Shown: piece by piece, positions 63,542-64,000 of the stretch
Numbering within the stretch: position 1 is the stretch's first letter
Layout of the letters: each line of letters opens with the position of its first letter
Origin: a virus
Reading direction: 5' to 3' (one strand)
DNA length: 64,000 bases
IMG/VR virus record: IMGVR_UViG_3300027850_000002
Span: 96,001 to 160,000 of that record
Program-made: the position numbers and the translations under genes
The notes under the pieces: generated by a model
Told to the model about the DNA's origin: nothing
The model's input: only the letters and a program-made list of their open reading frames with translations
The model's database searches: none

Positions 63542-64000
63542 TCGTGTTCCGCCGCGATGCACTGAAGGCACGACAGGATGGGCGGGTCCTTGGGCAAGTA
63601 CATGAAGCATGTGACTGTGGTCGTTTGCGGGCACTGCCACAGGAACAGCATCCCACACAAGAGAACGCCGGCCTGTTCAGCGAACGGCCACACCTGGACA
63701 CGGTGAGCGAGGTCCGTGTTGGCGTCGGCGACAATGAACGGACGCTTGGTTTCGTTGCCTCGTAGCGGACTCTCTTGAATCTCGAGCGACTCGTCCTCGA
63801 CCTCGGTGGTGTAGAGGCGGTGGCACAACATGAAGTCGTCGTTCTCGTAGGCGTCAGCGATAGCGCGTCGAACATCGGCGTCGGACACTTCGTCCTCGAT
63901 GTTATTCATGATGATTTCGGCACGCGCCTCCCGGGCGTCTTCAAGGGAGGCCCACGTGGTCACGTTTTCTCCGTGCCGATGCTTGTAGTGCAGCACGTAC
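63538..64000 (-). CDS. protein with C-terminal HC3-type Zn finger (5' end may lie outside the window)
   Basis: DANTDLAH..VLLC..LSCLQCI. Confidence 0.65.
   Translation of the reverse strand, partial: YVLHYKHRHGENVTTWASLEDAREARAEIIMNNIEDEVSDADVRRAIADAYENDDFMLCHRLYTTEVEDESLEIQESPLRGNETKRPFIVADANTDLAHRVQVWPFAEQAGVLLCGMLFLWQCPQTTTVTCFMYLPKDPPILSCLQCIAAEHE

Noticed and set aside
1-64000. Stop-codon recoding, tRNA/rRNA genes, introns, inteins, DGR
   Set aside because: TAA, TAG and TGA all end coherent full-length genes. No such elements were recognised by eye; tRNAscan and Infernal were not run.

Overview
This GC-rich 64-kb window comes from a large, probably jumbo, contractile-tailed (myovirus-type) phage genome. 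The host is plausibly a myxobacterium (inference). Region 1-32.3 kb (+) is the virion-morphogenesis region. It holds the C-terminus of a probable phage RNA polymerase beta'-like subunit, a long run of low-complexity and Gly-zipper internal-head proteins, a prohead protease, a decoration protein, an HK97-type major capsid protein, neck proteins, sheath, tube, baseplate spike and lysis genes. Region 32.3-50 kb (mostly -) holds accessory and early genes: HerA-like ATPase, HAD nucleotidase, Dam-type methylase, a lone receiver domain, S4 domain, C39 peptidase, SLOG/YspA, RyR domains, GIY-YIG and dCMP deaminase. Region 50-59 kb (-) is a second late operon with three paralogous fibre-like proteins, one with a Kelch insert, headed by an Acb1-like 2H phosphoesterase/kinase-like fusion. 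Region 60-64 kb is a tandem array of about 9 small HC3-type zinc-finger paralogs. The main candidate novel system is a sequence-encoded virion cargo code with three parts. (i) A 9-bp promoter-like motif CCTAT(A/C)ATT occurs at 9 sites, often giving near-leaderless starts. (ii) An N-terminal tag A-[YFH]-x-x-G-x-x-x-A-[LC]-x-x-[FYH]-[GK]-[LVI] is shared by about 12 unrelated proteins. (iii) Dense K-x-A motifs, probable prohead-protease sites, fall at domain boundaries and would release enzymes (2H phosphoesterase, kinase-like, ATP-grasp, P-loop kinase) and Gly-zipper membrane segments. All calls come from reading motifs by eye; no database search was run.
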